Positions 44,528 through 54,048 of a stretch of DNA of 64,000 nt are shown here, in pieces (position 1 is the first letter of the stretch; every line of letters starts with the position of its first letter). The notes under the pieces were generated by a model. It saw only the letters and a program-made list of their open reading frames with translations. It was not told the DNA's origin and did not search any database. The position numbers and the translations under genes were made by a program. Source of the stretch: Muribaculaceae bacterium (lineage in GTDB: Bacteria > Bacteroidota > Bacteroidia > Bacteroidales > Muribaculaceae); assembly GCA_022510425.1 (NCBI GenBank), contig JAFLTO010000003.1, positions 133,570 through 197,569 on the forward strand, given 5' to 3'.

Positions 44528-45745
44528 CTAAGATATATAAGAATCTTTAAAACCAAGAAAGTATAAAATACCATCTATACCGGTTGTAGAAATGCTTTGG
44601 CTTGCTTCAGCTTTCACTTTGGGTTTTGCATGGAATGCTATTCCTAAACCGGCTTCAGATAGCATTGGCAAGTCATTAGCTCCGTCTCCCACTGCTATAG
44701 TTTGTGCTATATTGATATTTTCTACTTGGGCCAATAAGCGTAGCAATTCTTTTTTCCTCTTTCCGTCTACTATGTCTCCGAGATACTTTCCTGTCAGTTT
44801 CCCTTCTGAATCTACTTCGAGTTCATTTGCATAAACATAATCGAAATTATATTTCTGCTTGAGATAATTACCGAAATAAGAGAATCCTCCGGATAAAATA
44901 GCCGTTTTGTAGCCGGATCTTTTTAATACTTCCATTAGTCTTTCAAGACCATCTGTGATTGGGAGATTCTCTGCTATTTCTTTCATCACCGATACATCAA
45001 GACCTTTAAGAAGCGCCACTCGTTTGGTAAAACTTTCAGTAAAATCTATTTCTCCCCTCATAGCTGATTCTGTAATTGCTCTCACTTCATCACCCACACC
45101 GGCTTTTTCAGCCAATTCATCAATTACCTCTGTCTTAATCAAAGTGGAATCCATATCAAAACAGATCAACCTTCTGCTACGTCTATATATGGTGTCTTCT
45201 TGAAGCGAAATATCGTAATTTAGTTTGCTTGAGAGCGCCATAAAATTCGACTGCATTTCTTCTATGTTCCTTGGTGTGCCTCTCACAGTGAATTCAATAC
45301 AAGCTTTAGTCTTCGGTTTTTCTGATTCATCTAATGGTATTCTACCTGTTAGTCGGGTGATGGTATCGATATTCATACCTTGTTCAGCTATCACTTTTGC
45401 TGCAGCAGAAATTTGTTTAGCCGTTATCTGTGGACCTAAGATTGTAATGATATAACGACCTTTCCCCTGACGACTTACCCAATCATTATACTCTTCTTCA
45501 GAAATTACGCTAAAAGACACCTGGACTTTCAAAGCATTTGTTTTGAAGAGTAACTCTTTTATTATATCCCCGCTTTTCTTATTATCTGTCTTGAAAAGTA
45601 TACCCAAAGCCAAATTATGATGAATGTCTGCCTGGCCTATATCCAGCACGGAGGCATCATATTTAGCAAGGATCTCCATAAGTTCTGCAGTTAAGCCGAT
45701 TCTGTCGGCCCCCGTTATATTTACCAGGATCAATTCTGAATTCAT
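44528..45745 (-). CDS. serB: Phosphoserine phosphatase with N-terminal ACT-like domains
   Basis: HAD motifs CFDMDSTLI and GDGANDLPML. The N-terminal ~180 aa is ACT-like. Confidence 0.85.
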   Translation of the reverse strand: MNSELILVNITGADRIGLTAELMEILAKYDASVLDIGQADIHHNLALGILFKTDNKKSGDIIKELLFKTNALKVQVSFSVISEEEYNDWVSRQGKGRYIITILGPQITAKQISAAAKVIAEQGMNIDTITRLTGRIPLDESEKPKTKACIEFTVRGTPRNIEEMQSNFMALSSKLNYDISLQEDTIYRRSRRLICFDMDSTLIKTEVIDELAEKAGVGDEVRAITESAMRGEIDFTESFTKRVALLKGLDVSVMKEIAENLPITDGLERLMEVLKRSGYKTAILSGGFSYFGNYLKQKYNFDYVYANELEVDSEGKLTGKYLGDIVDGKRKKELLRLLAQVENINIAQTIAVGDGANDLPMLSEAGLGIAFHAKPKVKAEASQSISTTGIDGILYFLGFKDSYIS

Positions 45746-45774
45746 ATAGGCTTCTTTTTATCTTGACTTTAATG

Positions 45775-45782
45775 CAAAGATA
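45775..45782 (-). promoter_or_regulatory. Candidate -7 box for serB (TATCTTTG on the minus strand)
   Basis: Plus-strand CAAAGATA, 30 nt upstream of the serB ATG (45745). Confidence 0.4.
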
Positions 45783-45793
45783 AATAATTTGAC

Positions 45794-45801
45794 TAATTTT
45801 G
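45794..45801 (+). promoter_or_regulatory. Candidate -7 box TAATTTTG for lipA
   Basis: Matches TAnnTTTG 33 nt upstream of the ATG at 45834. Confidence 0.4.
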
Positions 45802-45833
45802 AACTAACAAAAAATTTCGAAAGGAGTTATCGA

Positions 45834-46697
45834 ATGGCAGCTAAAGAAGATATTAAAATAATGAGAAAACCTGAATGGTTGAAAGTTAAGTTGCCCAGAG
45901 GATTTAAAGCTTCACAAGTGTTAGAGTGTCTCAACGACAGACATCTGAACACTATTTGTAGCAGTGGTATGTGTCCAAATAAAGGTGAATGTTGGTCAAA
46001 TGGAACAGCCACTTTTATGATTGGCGGTTCTATATGCACTCGTAACTGTAGATTTTGTAATGTGAGTTCCGGTAAGCCTAATCCGTTGGATCCTAAAGAA
46101 ATAGATTCAATAATAAAATCAATTAAAGAATTAAATCTTCGTCATGTGGTGATTACCTCTGTCGACCGTGATGATCTCCCGGATTACGGAAGCGAACATT
46201 GGACTTCTATGGCTAAAGCTATTAAAAAGGAATGTCCACAAGTTACTATGGAATTGTTGATCCCGGATTTTAGAGGAAAAACGGAGTTGCTCGATTCTAT
46301 AATAGAAATAAAACCGGAGGTGATATCTCATAATTTGGAAACAGTTAAAAGACTTACTCCTTCTGTTAGAAGTGTTGCAACCTATGAGACCTCCCTAAAG
46401 ATCATCAAATATATTTCCGAAAGGGGAGTAAGATCTAAATCAGGAATTATGTTGGGGCTTGGAGAGACACGAGATGAGATTCTTCAAACCATGGACGACC
46501 TTCTGGAAGTTGGCTGTCAAGTCATGACTATTGGCCAGTATTTGCAACCATCCCTTCAACATTATCAAGTGCGTGAATATATTCATCCGGATGTTTTTGA
46601 AGAATATAGGATTATAGGCAAGGAAAAAGGTTTCATACATATAGAGAGCCATCCTTTGGTAAGATCGAGCTATCATGCTGAAAGACATGTATTATAA
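45834..46697 (+). CDS. lipA: Lipoyl synthase
   Basis: Auxiliary cluster region CSSGMCPNKGECW and radical-SAM CTRNCRFCNV. The ATG at 45834 (MAAKEDIK) is preferred over the tracked TTG at 45789, which overlaps the -7 box. Confidence 0.92.
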   Translation: MAAKEDIKIMRKPEWLKVKLPRGFKASQVLECLNDRHLNTICSSGMCPNKGECWSNGTATFMIGGSICTRNCRFCNVSSGKPNPLDPKEIDSIIKSIKELNLRHVVITSVDRDDLPDYGSEHWTSMAKAIKKECPQVTMELLIPDFRGKTELLDSIIEIKPEVISHNLETVKRLTPSVRSVATYETSLKIIKYISERGVRSKSGIMLGLGETRDEILQTMDDLLEVGCQVMTIGQYLQPSLQHYQVREYIHPDVFEEYRIIGKEKGFIHIESHPLVRSSYHAERHVL

Positions 46698-46728
46698 ATT
46701 TTTTTGAAATTTTTGTTGTAGTCAGGTT

Positions 46729-47409
46729 ATGGAAATACTTGATTTCGGAATCTCAGACTATGGGGAAGTGTTACTTCTTCAAAAAAATTTTTTTGAAAAT
46801 CTTGTTAAAGATAAGAAAGAGGGAAGAGAAGGTTCCGAATATCTTTTGCTCGGGGAGCATTTGCCTGTAATCACTTTAGGGAGACGAGCAAAGGAAGAAA
46901 ACGTCTTGATATCGAAAAATCTTTTAAAAGAAAAGGAAATTGAAGTTTTTCATATAGGACGTGGAGGAGATGTCACTTATCATTGTAGGGGCCAATTGAT
47001 TGTTTACCCAATATTAGACTTGAACAGATATAAATTAGGGGTTAAGGATTACGTATATATTCTTGAAGAATCTATCATAAGACTAATAGCAAAATATAAA
47101 ATAAATGGAGAAAGGGTAGAGGGTGCCACAGGTGTTTGGATCGGTAAAGGAACCTCAAACGAGAGAAAAATCTGTGCTCTCGGAATTAAATGCAGTCGCT
47201 ATTGTTCCATGCATGGTATAGCTTTAAATGTAAACCCTGATTTATCAGGTTTTTCAATGATTAATCCCTGTGGTTTTCAAGACAAGGGTGTCACATCGCT
47301 CGAAAAGGAACTCAACTCAATAGGCCCTGAAAGTGTATTACCTGATATGAAAAAAATCAAGAAAGATTTCACGGAAATTTTTCTTTCTCTCCTGCAAAAT
47401 AAATTGTGA
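46729..47409 (+). CDS. lipB: Lipoyl(octanoyl) transferase
   Basis: RGGDVTYHCRGQLIVYP and KICALGIKCSRYCSMHGIALNV; downstream of lipA. Confidence 0.9.
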   Translation: MEILDFGISDYGEVLLLQKNFFENLVKDKKEGREGSEYLLLGEHLPVITLGRRAKEENVLISKNLLKEKEIEVFHIGRGGDVTYHCRGQLIVYPILDLNRYKLGVKDYVYILEESIIRLIAKYKINGERVEGATGVWIGKGTSNERKICALGIKCSRYCSMHGIALNVNPDLSGFSMINPCGFQDKGVTSLEKELNSIGPESVLPDMKKIKKDFTEIFLSLLQNKL

Positions 47410-47442
47410 TTCCTATTTTTTGCCAAAGATTTTTATCTAATC

Positions 47443-48222
47443 TTATTCTTCTTCGGCTTCATATTCTCTTTCAAGAAATTCCTTTACTTCCCTAAAAAGT
47501 TGTGAAGCAAACACGAAATCATTCAATGATTTACTTTTGCTTCGGAAGATGTTTTTATCATTACCGATCCAATCACAATGCCCTTTATTTATGAATACTA
47601 TTTTTTCACCAATGCCCAGTACAGAATTCATATCGTGGGTATTGATAATGGTTGTGATCCCGTATTCATGTGTGATATCGCTTAGCAGTTCGTCGATCAG
47701 AATAGAAGTCCTTGGATCCAATCCCGAGTTTGGTTCATCACAGAAAAGATATTTGGGATTTAGGGCTATGGCACGCGCGATCGCCACACGTTTCTGCATA
47801 CCACCCGAAATCTCTGAAGGAAATTTATTGTCGGCATTGGTAAGACCTACCCTTTGAATGCAGAAATGGGCTCTATCCAATTGTTCTGCAGGAGATAGAG
47901 GAGAAAACATCTTTAAAGGAAACATCACGTTGCCCAATACAGTCTCATTGTCAAAAAGAGCCGATCCTTGGAAAAGAACCCCTATTTCCATGCGAAGTTT
48001 TCTCTTTTCCTGATCATTCATCGACCGAAACCTTCTCCCGTCATAAAAAATACTGCCTTCCTCCGGTGTTAAAAGTCCTATAAGACATTTCATAAAAACA
48101 GTCTTGCCGGAACCGGATTGACCAATGATAAGATTCGTTTTGCCTGTATCGAAAGTGGCAGAGATATCATATAAGATTCTCTGTCCGTCAAACCATTTGG
48201 AAATATTTTTTGCTTCAATCAT
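47443..48222 (-). CDS. ABC transporter ATP-binding protein, MlaF-like
   Basis: Walker A GQSGSGKT, signature ISGGMQKR, Walker B LFCDEP. It overlaps the upstream permease gene by 4 nt. Confidence 0.85.
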   Translation of the reverse strand: MIEAKNISKWFDGQRILYDISATFDTGKTNLIIGQSGSGKTVFMKCLIGLLTPEEGSIFYDGRRFRSMNDQEKRKLRMEIGVLFQGSALFDNETVLGNVMFPLKMFSPLSPAEQLDRAHFCIQRVGLTNADNKFPSEISGGMQKRVAIARAIALNPKYLFCDEPNSGLDPRTSILIDELLSDITHEYGITTIINTHDMNSVLGIGEKIVFINKGHCDWIGNDKNIFRSKSKSLNDFVFASQLFREVKEFLEREYEAEEE

Positions 48223-48965
48223 TGGAGGAGCAGTTTTGTCAGTATCACGTCAAAAAACAGGATTAGTATAGAGCTCGACACAACAGCTTTCGTACTTGCT
48301 CTACCTACCTCACGCGAACCACCTTTTACAAAATATCCATAATATGCCGATACGCTGGCTATTATAAAGGCAAAAATAACAGTCTTGATTATACCATACC
48401 AGACATACCATTCAGTGAAGAAACTTTGGATACCGAAAACATAGTTTTCCACGGAAATCATACTAGTGAACTCTGCTATGACCCATCCTCCGATAAGACC
48501 TACAAACATAGAGAAAACACACAGTACGGGCACAAAAAACACAAACCCCACAATCTTTGGTAATACTATGAAATTTGCCGAATTAATACCCATGATATCC
48601 AATGCATCAATCTGTTCAGTTACTCTCATAGTGCCAATTTCAGAGGCTATGTTACTTCCAACTTTTCCGGCAAGTATCAAACACATCATCGTGGATGAAA
48701 ACTCGAGCAAGAGTATCTCTCGAGTGGCAAGTCCTGTAGAATAGGCCGGAATTAGTGGGGAAGTTGTATTCAAAACCATTTGTATGGTGATAACGGCTCC
48801 TATAAATAATGAGATGATAAGTACCAGGGGTATGGAATCAACTCCAAGCTTGCTGATTTCAAAAACCAGTTTCTTGAAAAATTCTTTCCATTTGTCAGGC
48901 GAACGGAACACCTGAACTATAAAAAGACAATATTTCCCGAAGGTTGCAGCTGAATTAAATAGCAT
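48219..48965 (-). CDS. MlaE-like ABC transporter permease
   Basis: 248 aa polytopic membrane protein with MlaE-like ..GSREVGRASTKAVV.. near the C-terminus, paired with the MlaF-like ATPase. Confidence 0.8.
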   Translation of the reverse strand: MLFNSAATFGKYCLFIVQVFRSPDKWKEFFKKLVFEISKLGVDSIPLVLIISLFIGAVITIQMVLNTTSPLIPAYSTGLATREILLLEFSSTMMCLILAGKVGSNIASEIGTMRVTEQIDALDIMGINSANFIVLPKIVGFVFFVPVLCVFSMFVGLIGGWVIAEFTSMISVENYVFGIQSFFTEWYVWYGIIKTVIFAFIIASVSAYYGYFVKGGSREVGRASTKAVVSSSILILFFDVILTKLLLQ

Positions 48966-49006
48966 ATATTATATCAAGAATGTTAAAAACAATTCTTTAC
49001 AAGGAG

Positions 49007-49014
49007 CAAAGTTA
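49007..49014 (-). promoter_or_regulatory. Candidate -7 box for the mlaE-mlaF-like operon (TAACTTTG on the minus strand)
   Basis: Plus-strand CAAAGTTA, 42 nt upstream of the ATG at 48965. Confidence 0.4.
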
Positions 49015-49026
49015 ATGAATTTTTAG

Positions 49027-49034
49027 TAAATTTG
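49027..49034 (+). promoter_or_regulatory. Candidate -7 box TAAATTTG for udk
   Basis: Matches TAnnTTTG 16 nt upstream of the ATG at 49050. The tracked TTG start at 49032 falls inside it. Confidence 0.4.
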
Positions 49035-49049
49035 CTTAAAACTAAAAAG

Positions 49050-49688
49050 ATGCTTATAATTGGAATCGCCGGAGGCACCGGCTCCGGTAAAACTACAGTT
49101 GTAAAAAAAATAATCGAAGCCCTTCCTAAAGATGAGGTGACTGTTTTGCCTCAAGATTGTTATTACAACGATAATGCCCATATTCCTTTGGAAGAGAGAC
49201 TCAAAATGAATTATGATGAGCCCGCTTCCATTGAATGGACTCTCCTTTGTGAGCAATTGCAACAACTTAAAGTAGGTAACAATATTGAACGTCCAAGTTA
49301 TGATTTCATCACATGTTCTCGACTCAAGGAAACGGTGAATCTTCCTCCTCGTGATGTGGTGGTAGTGGAAGGTATTCTTGTCTTGACAGACAAGCAATTG
49401 AGAGATATGATGGATGTAAAGGTATTTGTAGATGCTGATGCTGATGAGCGTTTGATAAGGGTGATAGAGCGCGATTGTATTGAAAGAGGAAGAACTCCGC
49501 AAATGGTTATAGACCGTTACCGTGAAACTCTCAAACCAATGCACGAACTATATATCGAACCTTCTAAAAGATATGCAGATCTTATAATACCTCAGGGTGG
49601 TAATAATAAAGTAGCCATAATGCTCCTCACAGATTATATCCGCTCACTTCTTAGTACTGGCGTCAACCATACAAAAGTTTGCCAATGA
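49050..49688 (+). CDS. udk: Uridine kinase
   Basis: [17 protein letters not shown]-loop at the N-terminus, NYDEPASIE, ..[18 protein letters not shown].. Confidence 0.9.
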   Translation: MLIIGIAGGTGSGKTTVVKKIIEALPKDEVTVLPQDCYYNDNAHIPLEERLKMNYDEPASIEWTLLCEQLQQLKVGNNIERPSYDFITCSRLKETVNLPPRDVVVVEGILVLTDKQLRDMMDVKVFVDADADERLIRVIERDCIERGRTPQMVIDRYRETLKPMHELYIEPSKRYADLIIPQGGNNKVAIMLLTDYIRSLLSTGVNHTKVCQ

Positions 49689-50626
49689 AACTTAATCGGT
49701 TCTTTAAGAAAGAAGTAAAAAAGGGTGTATTGACATCCGAGGAGGCCCACAAGGCACAGGAAATGGAGAATTCTCCGCAACCTGATATGCAGGATCTCGT
49801 ATTTTATGATGAAATAAAAGAGAAAACCTCTGATTCAGAAAAGGAGGATATCCTTAATGAGATTGAGGTGAAAATACCTGAGAAAGGGGTGCTACGCACT
49901 GAAGGTCTCGTAAAAAGATATGGAAAAAGAACTGTTGCCAATCATGTCTCGATTAATGTAAGGCAAGGAGAGATTGTGGGTCTTCTTGGTCCTAATGGAG
50001 CAGGTAAAACCACTACATTCTATATGACCACAGGTCTTATTACACCCAATGAAGGGAAAATTTTTCTTAATAACCAAGACATAACCGGTTTCCCTGTTTA
50101 TAAAAGGGCTCAATTGGGGATTGGTTATTTGGCCCAGGAAGCTTCAGTATTCCGAAAACTTACTGTAGAAGATAATATTAGGTCAGTCCTTGAAATGACA
50201 CCTACCTCCAAAGAATATCAAAAGGAGAAATTGGAAAGTCTTATTGCAGAGTTCCGTCTTCAGGAAGTAAGAAAAAATTATGGCGACCGTCTTTCCGGAG
50301 GTGAACGAAGAAGAACTGAAATAGCGAGATGTCTTGCCATAAATCCTAAATTTATTATGCTTGATGAGCCCTTTGCTGGAGTTGACCCTATTGCTGTCGA
50401 GGATATTCAGGAAGTAGTTTACAGATTAAAAGAAAAAAATATCGGGATATTGATAACTGACCATAATGCTCCTGAAACCTTAAGCATCACCGACAGGGCC
50501 TATCTTCTTTTCGAAGGAAAGATCCTTTTTCAAGGCACAAGCGAAGAATTGGCAGAAAATCCCGTCGTAAAAGAAAAATATTTGGGTAGAAATTTCGTTT
50601 TTCGAAGAAAGAAGTTTGATGTCTGA
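49685..50626 (+). CDS. lptB: LPS export ABC transporter ATP-binding protein with an unusual ~70-aa N-terminal extension
   Basis: The LptB-like core starts near [15 protein letters not shown]. Walker [10 protein letters not shown], signature LSGGERRR, Walker B IMLDEP. The ATG at 49685 overlaps the udk stop (ATGA). Confidence 0.8.
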   Translation: MKLNRFFKKEVKKGVLTSEEAHKAQEMENSPQPDMQDLVFYDEIKEKTSDSEKEDILNEIEVKIPEKGVLRTEGLVKRYGKRTVANHVSINVRQGEIVGLLGPNGAGKTTTFYMTTGLITPNEGKIFLNNQDITGFPVYKRAQLGIGYLAQEASVFRKLTVEDNIRSVLEMTPTSKEYQKEKLESLIAEFRLQEVRKNYGDRLSGGERRRTEIARCLAINPKFIMLDEPFAGVDPIAVEDIQEVVYRLKEKNIGILITDHNAPETLSITDRAYLLFEGKILFQGTSEELAENPVVKEKYLGRNFVFRRKKFDV

Positions 50627-51545
50627 TTCTAATCCTATTTTTAAATCTATCCGGGACTCTTCCGGCATGAGATTGGCCGTTTTGTTCGGCTCTTTCTTCT
50701 TCATGCTTGTTTTTGTATCCATTATTAATGCTGGGATTGTCACCCTACCCGGTTCTGCGAGAACTCATAGTTTGGTTATAGCAGCCATTCAATGTGTCTT
50801 GGCTTTCTGTTTGCCCGCTTTTTTCTTAGCAAAATTTAGTTCAGATAATTGGAAGAGTTGGTTGAAATTAACAAAACCTCCCCATTATAGGGCATTGATA
50901 GGGGTTATCATAGTTTATGTTATAAGTATGCCGGCTATGGAATGGTTGATAGAGTGGAATAACAATGTTCATTTGCCCCAATCTATGTCAGCTTTGGAAA
51001 ATACCTTACGACAGTGGGAGGAAACCAATGCCTCAACATCTGATTTGCTTCTGGACGCACATGGTTTTTTCCCTGTTTTGGCAGGGGTGATCGTTATCGG
51101 CATATTGACCGGTTTTTCTGAGGAATTGTTTTTTAGGGGAGGATTGCAAGGAATTTTTTCTCGCTCTAATATTGGAATATCTATTTCTGTTTGGTTGGCA
51201 GCAATTGTATTCAGTACAATGCATTTCCAATTCTTTGGTTTTTTCCCAAGACTATTGATGGGGGTCTTTTTTGGTTATCTTCTTGTTTGGACCGGATCGA
51301 TCTGGGTACCGGTGTTTGCTCATGTATTGAATAACAGTATAGTAGTAGTAACCGCTGCAATCACAGATGATTCCACGGCAATTTTCATCAATCCTTCCGA
51401 ATCTTCTATATTTATTGGCGATTCCATAGGTGTGATATTGAGCCTTATTCTCACTACGGCATTTTTCTATTTTTTTAGAAATTCTATATTCAAATTAGAT
51501 TCTTCATGGCAAAAAAAGCAGCTACCGCCGATTTCAGAGACATAA
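50619..51545 (+). CDS. CPBP-family (CAAX-type) intramembrane glutamic endopeptidase
   Basis: Polytopic membrane protein with the SEELFFRGG motif and a later FAHVLNNS motif. Confidence 0.75.
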   Translation: MSDSNPIFKSIRDSSGMRLAVLFGSFFFMLVFVSIINAGIVTLPGSARTHSLVIAAIQCVLAFCLPAFFLAKFSSDNWKSWLKLTKPPHYRALIGVIIVYVISMPAMEWLIEWNNNVHLPQSMSALENTLRQWEETNASTSDLLLDAHGFFPVLAGVIVIGILTGFSEELFFRGGLQGIFSRSNIGISISVWLAAIVFSTMHFQFFGFFPRLLMGVFFGYLLVWTGSIWVPVFAHVLNNSIVVVTAAITDDSTAIFINPSESSIFIGDSIGVILSLILTTAFFYFFRNSIFKLDSSWQKKQLPPISET

Positions 51546-52546
51546 TTAACAATATCAATCGGGGTAATTATGCCAAGGTTTATCTTCTTATGGGAGATGA
51601 AGACTATTATATCGACCGTGTGGTAGAGGCCTTGGAAGGATGCGTAGTGCCTGAAGATGAAAAAGATTTCAATTCCACTGTATATTACGGAGCGGATGTG
51701 GATGTGAAACAAGTGATTTCACGAGCACAACAATTTCCATTGATGAGTGAACGCCAGCTCGTTATGCTTAAGGAAGCTCAGGCAATGGAAAGAGCGAAAA
51801 CAAATCTGGAGCTATTAGTACCTTATGTAAAACATGCGAATAGCACTACAGTGCTTGTTATTGCTTTTAAAGGTGATTCATTGGCTTTAACTTCTCAGTT
51901 GGTCAAAGCTGTTCAATCCGAGGGAGGTGTAGTCTTTAAAAGTGATAGACTAAAAGATTATCAATTGAACGGACCTCTCGCAGACTATTGTCAAGAGAAA
52001 AACATAAGAATAGATAACAAGTCTTTGGATTTGCTGTGTGAATATATTGGTTCTCCATTGTCTAAATTATTTGGAGAGGTTGATAAACTTATAGTTGCAG
52101 CCGGGTCTAATGGCTCCATTACCCCGGAATTGATAGAATCCGTGATAGGAATCTCTAAAGAGTACAATTCTTTTGAATTGGTAAAAAAATTGTCAATCAG
52201 AGATTATGCCGGAGCTATGAGGATAGTTGAGTATTTTGCAAGAAATCCTAAACAAAATCCTGGAGTAATGGTCGTGGCTACGTTATTCAATTATTTCTCC
52301 AAACTCTTTATAGCCTCTATTGCCAAGGATAAAAGTGATGTTGGATTAATGAACGAGTTAGAACTAAGAAATTCATATTCACTCACGGACTATAAGAATG
52401 GAATTAGGAATTACAAAGCCGGGGCCATAGACGGGATTATTCACGCCATAAGAGCTCAGGATGTAATGAGTAAAGGAGTGGGAAGCACACAAAATGAATA
52501 TGATCTCCTCAAAGAACTCATCTTTAAAATCTTTACCCTCCGCTAA
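51506..52546 (+). CDS. holA: DNA polymerase III subunit delta
   Basis: 346 aa. The N-terminal ..VYLLMGDEDYYIDRV.. and overall layout look HolA-like. The call is weaker than for the enzymes carrying catalytic motifs. Confidence 0.65.
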   Translation: MAKKAATADFRDIINNINRGNYAKVYLLMGDEDYYIDRVVEALEGCVVPEDEKDFNSTVYYGADVDVKQVISRAQQFPLMSERQLVMLKEAQAMERAKTNLELLVPYVKHANSTTVLVIAFKGDSLALTSQLVKAVQSEGGVVFKSDRLKDYQLNGPLADYCQEKNIRIDNKSLDLLCEYIGSPLSKLFGEVDKLIVAAGSNGSITPELIESVIGISKEYNSFELVKKLSIRDYAGAMRIVEYFARNPKQNPGVMVVATLFNYFSKLFIASIAKDKSDVGLMNELELRNSYSLTDYKNGIRNYKAGAIDGIIHAIRAQDVMSKGVGSTQNEYDLLKELIFKIFTLR

Positions 52547-52598
52547 TTTCTCCAAAACTATTAATTACACAATAAACACTCTACAATAAAATATTTCC

Positions 52599-53396
52599 AT
52601 GCTTTTCTACTTCTCCGGTACAGGTAATTCCACTTATGTAGCAACCGCTTTGGCCAATTTTCTTGGCCTTGAAATGAAATTTATTCCCCAAATTGAAACC
52701 GAAAATTTAGAAATGAAAGAAGAAAGAATTCTTTTTGTTTTCCCGGTATATTCATGGGGTATACCTCCTCTTGTTTCTAAATTTATATCTGATTTAGGAT
52801 ATGACTTTTGGGATAAAGTTAAAAGCAGTGGTTTCAATGTAGATTGTGTAATGACTTGTGGTGATGAAGTGGCCTTGGCTCCTGAGATGATTGAAAAAGA
52901 ACTAAAGAAATTTGGAATTAGTCTCACGTCAATATGGAGCGTGATCATGCCTAACAACTATGTGTTGTTGCCCGGTTTTGATGTTGATGCTAAAAATGTG
53001 GAAAAGGATAAACTTGAAAATTGCGAAAGGAGGATACTTGAAATTGCTCAAGCCTTAAGCAGAGGAGATAGGAGAGTGGATGTTGTGAGAGGAAATATAC
53101 CTTGGCTTAAATCCAAAGTTGTGTACCCTCTTTTCAAAAAATGGGGTATTTTCCCTAAACAATGGCATTCCACTAATGATTGCATAAGTTGTGGAAAATG
53201 TGCTGCCATCTGTCCTATGTTCAATGTTTCTATGATAGAGAAACACCCCAAATGGGGCCTCAGATGCTGCTCCTGTTTGGGATGTTATCATATTTGTCCG
53301 GTTCATGCTGTGCAATATGGGAAAGAGACCCTTAAAAAAGGCCAATATATATTCCCACTAAATAAGATAGCAACCAGAAATTTTCATAAGGTTTAA
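52599..53396 (+). CDS. EFR1-type flavodoxin-like protein with a C-terminal 2x[4Fe-4S] ferredoxin domain
   Basis: MLFYFSGTGNSTYVA flavodoxin-like N-terminus; CISCGKCAAICP and CCSCLGCYHICP cluster motifs. Confidence 0.75.
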   Translation: MLFYFSGTGNSTYVATALANFLGLEMKFIPQIETENLEMKEERILFVFPVYSWGIPPLVSKFISDLGYDFWDKVKSSGFNVDCVMTCGDEVALAPEMIEKELKKFGISLTSIWSVIMPNNYVLLPGFDVDAKNVEKDKLENCERRILEIAQALSRGDRRVDVVRGNIPWLKSKVVYPLFKKWGIFPKQWHSTNDCISCGKCAAICPMFNVSMIEKHPKWGLRCCSCLGCYHICPVHAVQYGKETLKKGQYIFPLNKIATRNFHKV

Positions 53397-53412
53397 AATT
53401 GGGATACGTTCT

Positions 53413-53928
53413 TTAAAAAAAATTGGTAACAGAATTATCATAAGTTACAGCTATCGGACCATTCCCTAAATCAACAAGTGAAAAGACTTGGTTATTGTTA
53501 TTGTCTACAAAAATCAAGATATCTTCAAATTTAATACCCTTATAAGAATTTCCGTTTATTGTCCCCGTCCAATTATCATCATTTCCTTCCACTTTAAGTT
53601 TTTGGCCGGGGTTGTTCTTAATATCATAACTTCCGGGACTGACTGATGTGAAATTTGTGGCCACAATTTGTTCGGGTATGAAGGCGTGAAGTCCGGGAGA
53701 ATACTCCACTTTATACCATCCGGGAGTATGTTGGGATGAAGCAAATACCATCCCCGGAATCACATTTACGTCCTCATTGTTCTGATTGACAGTGATATAT
53801 TTTGCATTTGCTTCATCATACACGTTCCCGTTTTTGGCAACTGCAATATAGTTCTGTGCAATCGAAACACCTGTTCCCGAAACTAATAGAATCAAGAAAA
53901 CTAAAATATTTTTTAATTTCATTTTCAT
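53413..53928 (-). CDS. Hypothetical secreted protein (171 aa)
   Basis: Signal peptide ..GVSIA|QNYIAV. No recognisable motifs. Confidence 0.55.
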   Translation of the reverse strand: MKMKLKNILVFLILLVSGTGVSIAQNYIAVAKNGNVYDEANAKYITVNQNNEDVNVIPGMVFASSQHTPGWYKVEYSPGLHAFIPEQIVATNFTSVSPGSYDIKNNPGQKLKVEGNDDNWTGTINGNSYKGIKFEDILIFVDNNNNQVFSLVDLGNGPIAVTYDNSVTNFF

Positions 53929-54048
53929 AATTATTTCTTAATCTGCAATCTTTCTTTCTCTTCTCGACTTGGTTATAAAATTATATGGCAATATATTCCA
54001 CTAACTATTTGCCAATTCAATTATTTGACCAATCCTGAAGTCTAAAGT

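Noticed and set aside
49023-49544. 173-aa minus-strand ORF opposite udk
   Set aside because: The plus-strand frame has the uridine kinase P-loop and full-length similarity. The minus-strand ORF would also run into the divergent promoter region.
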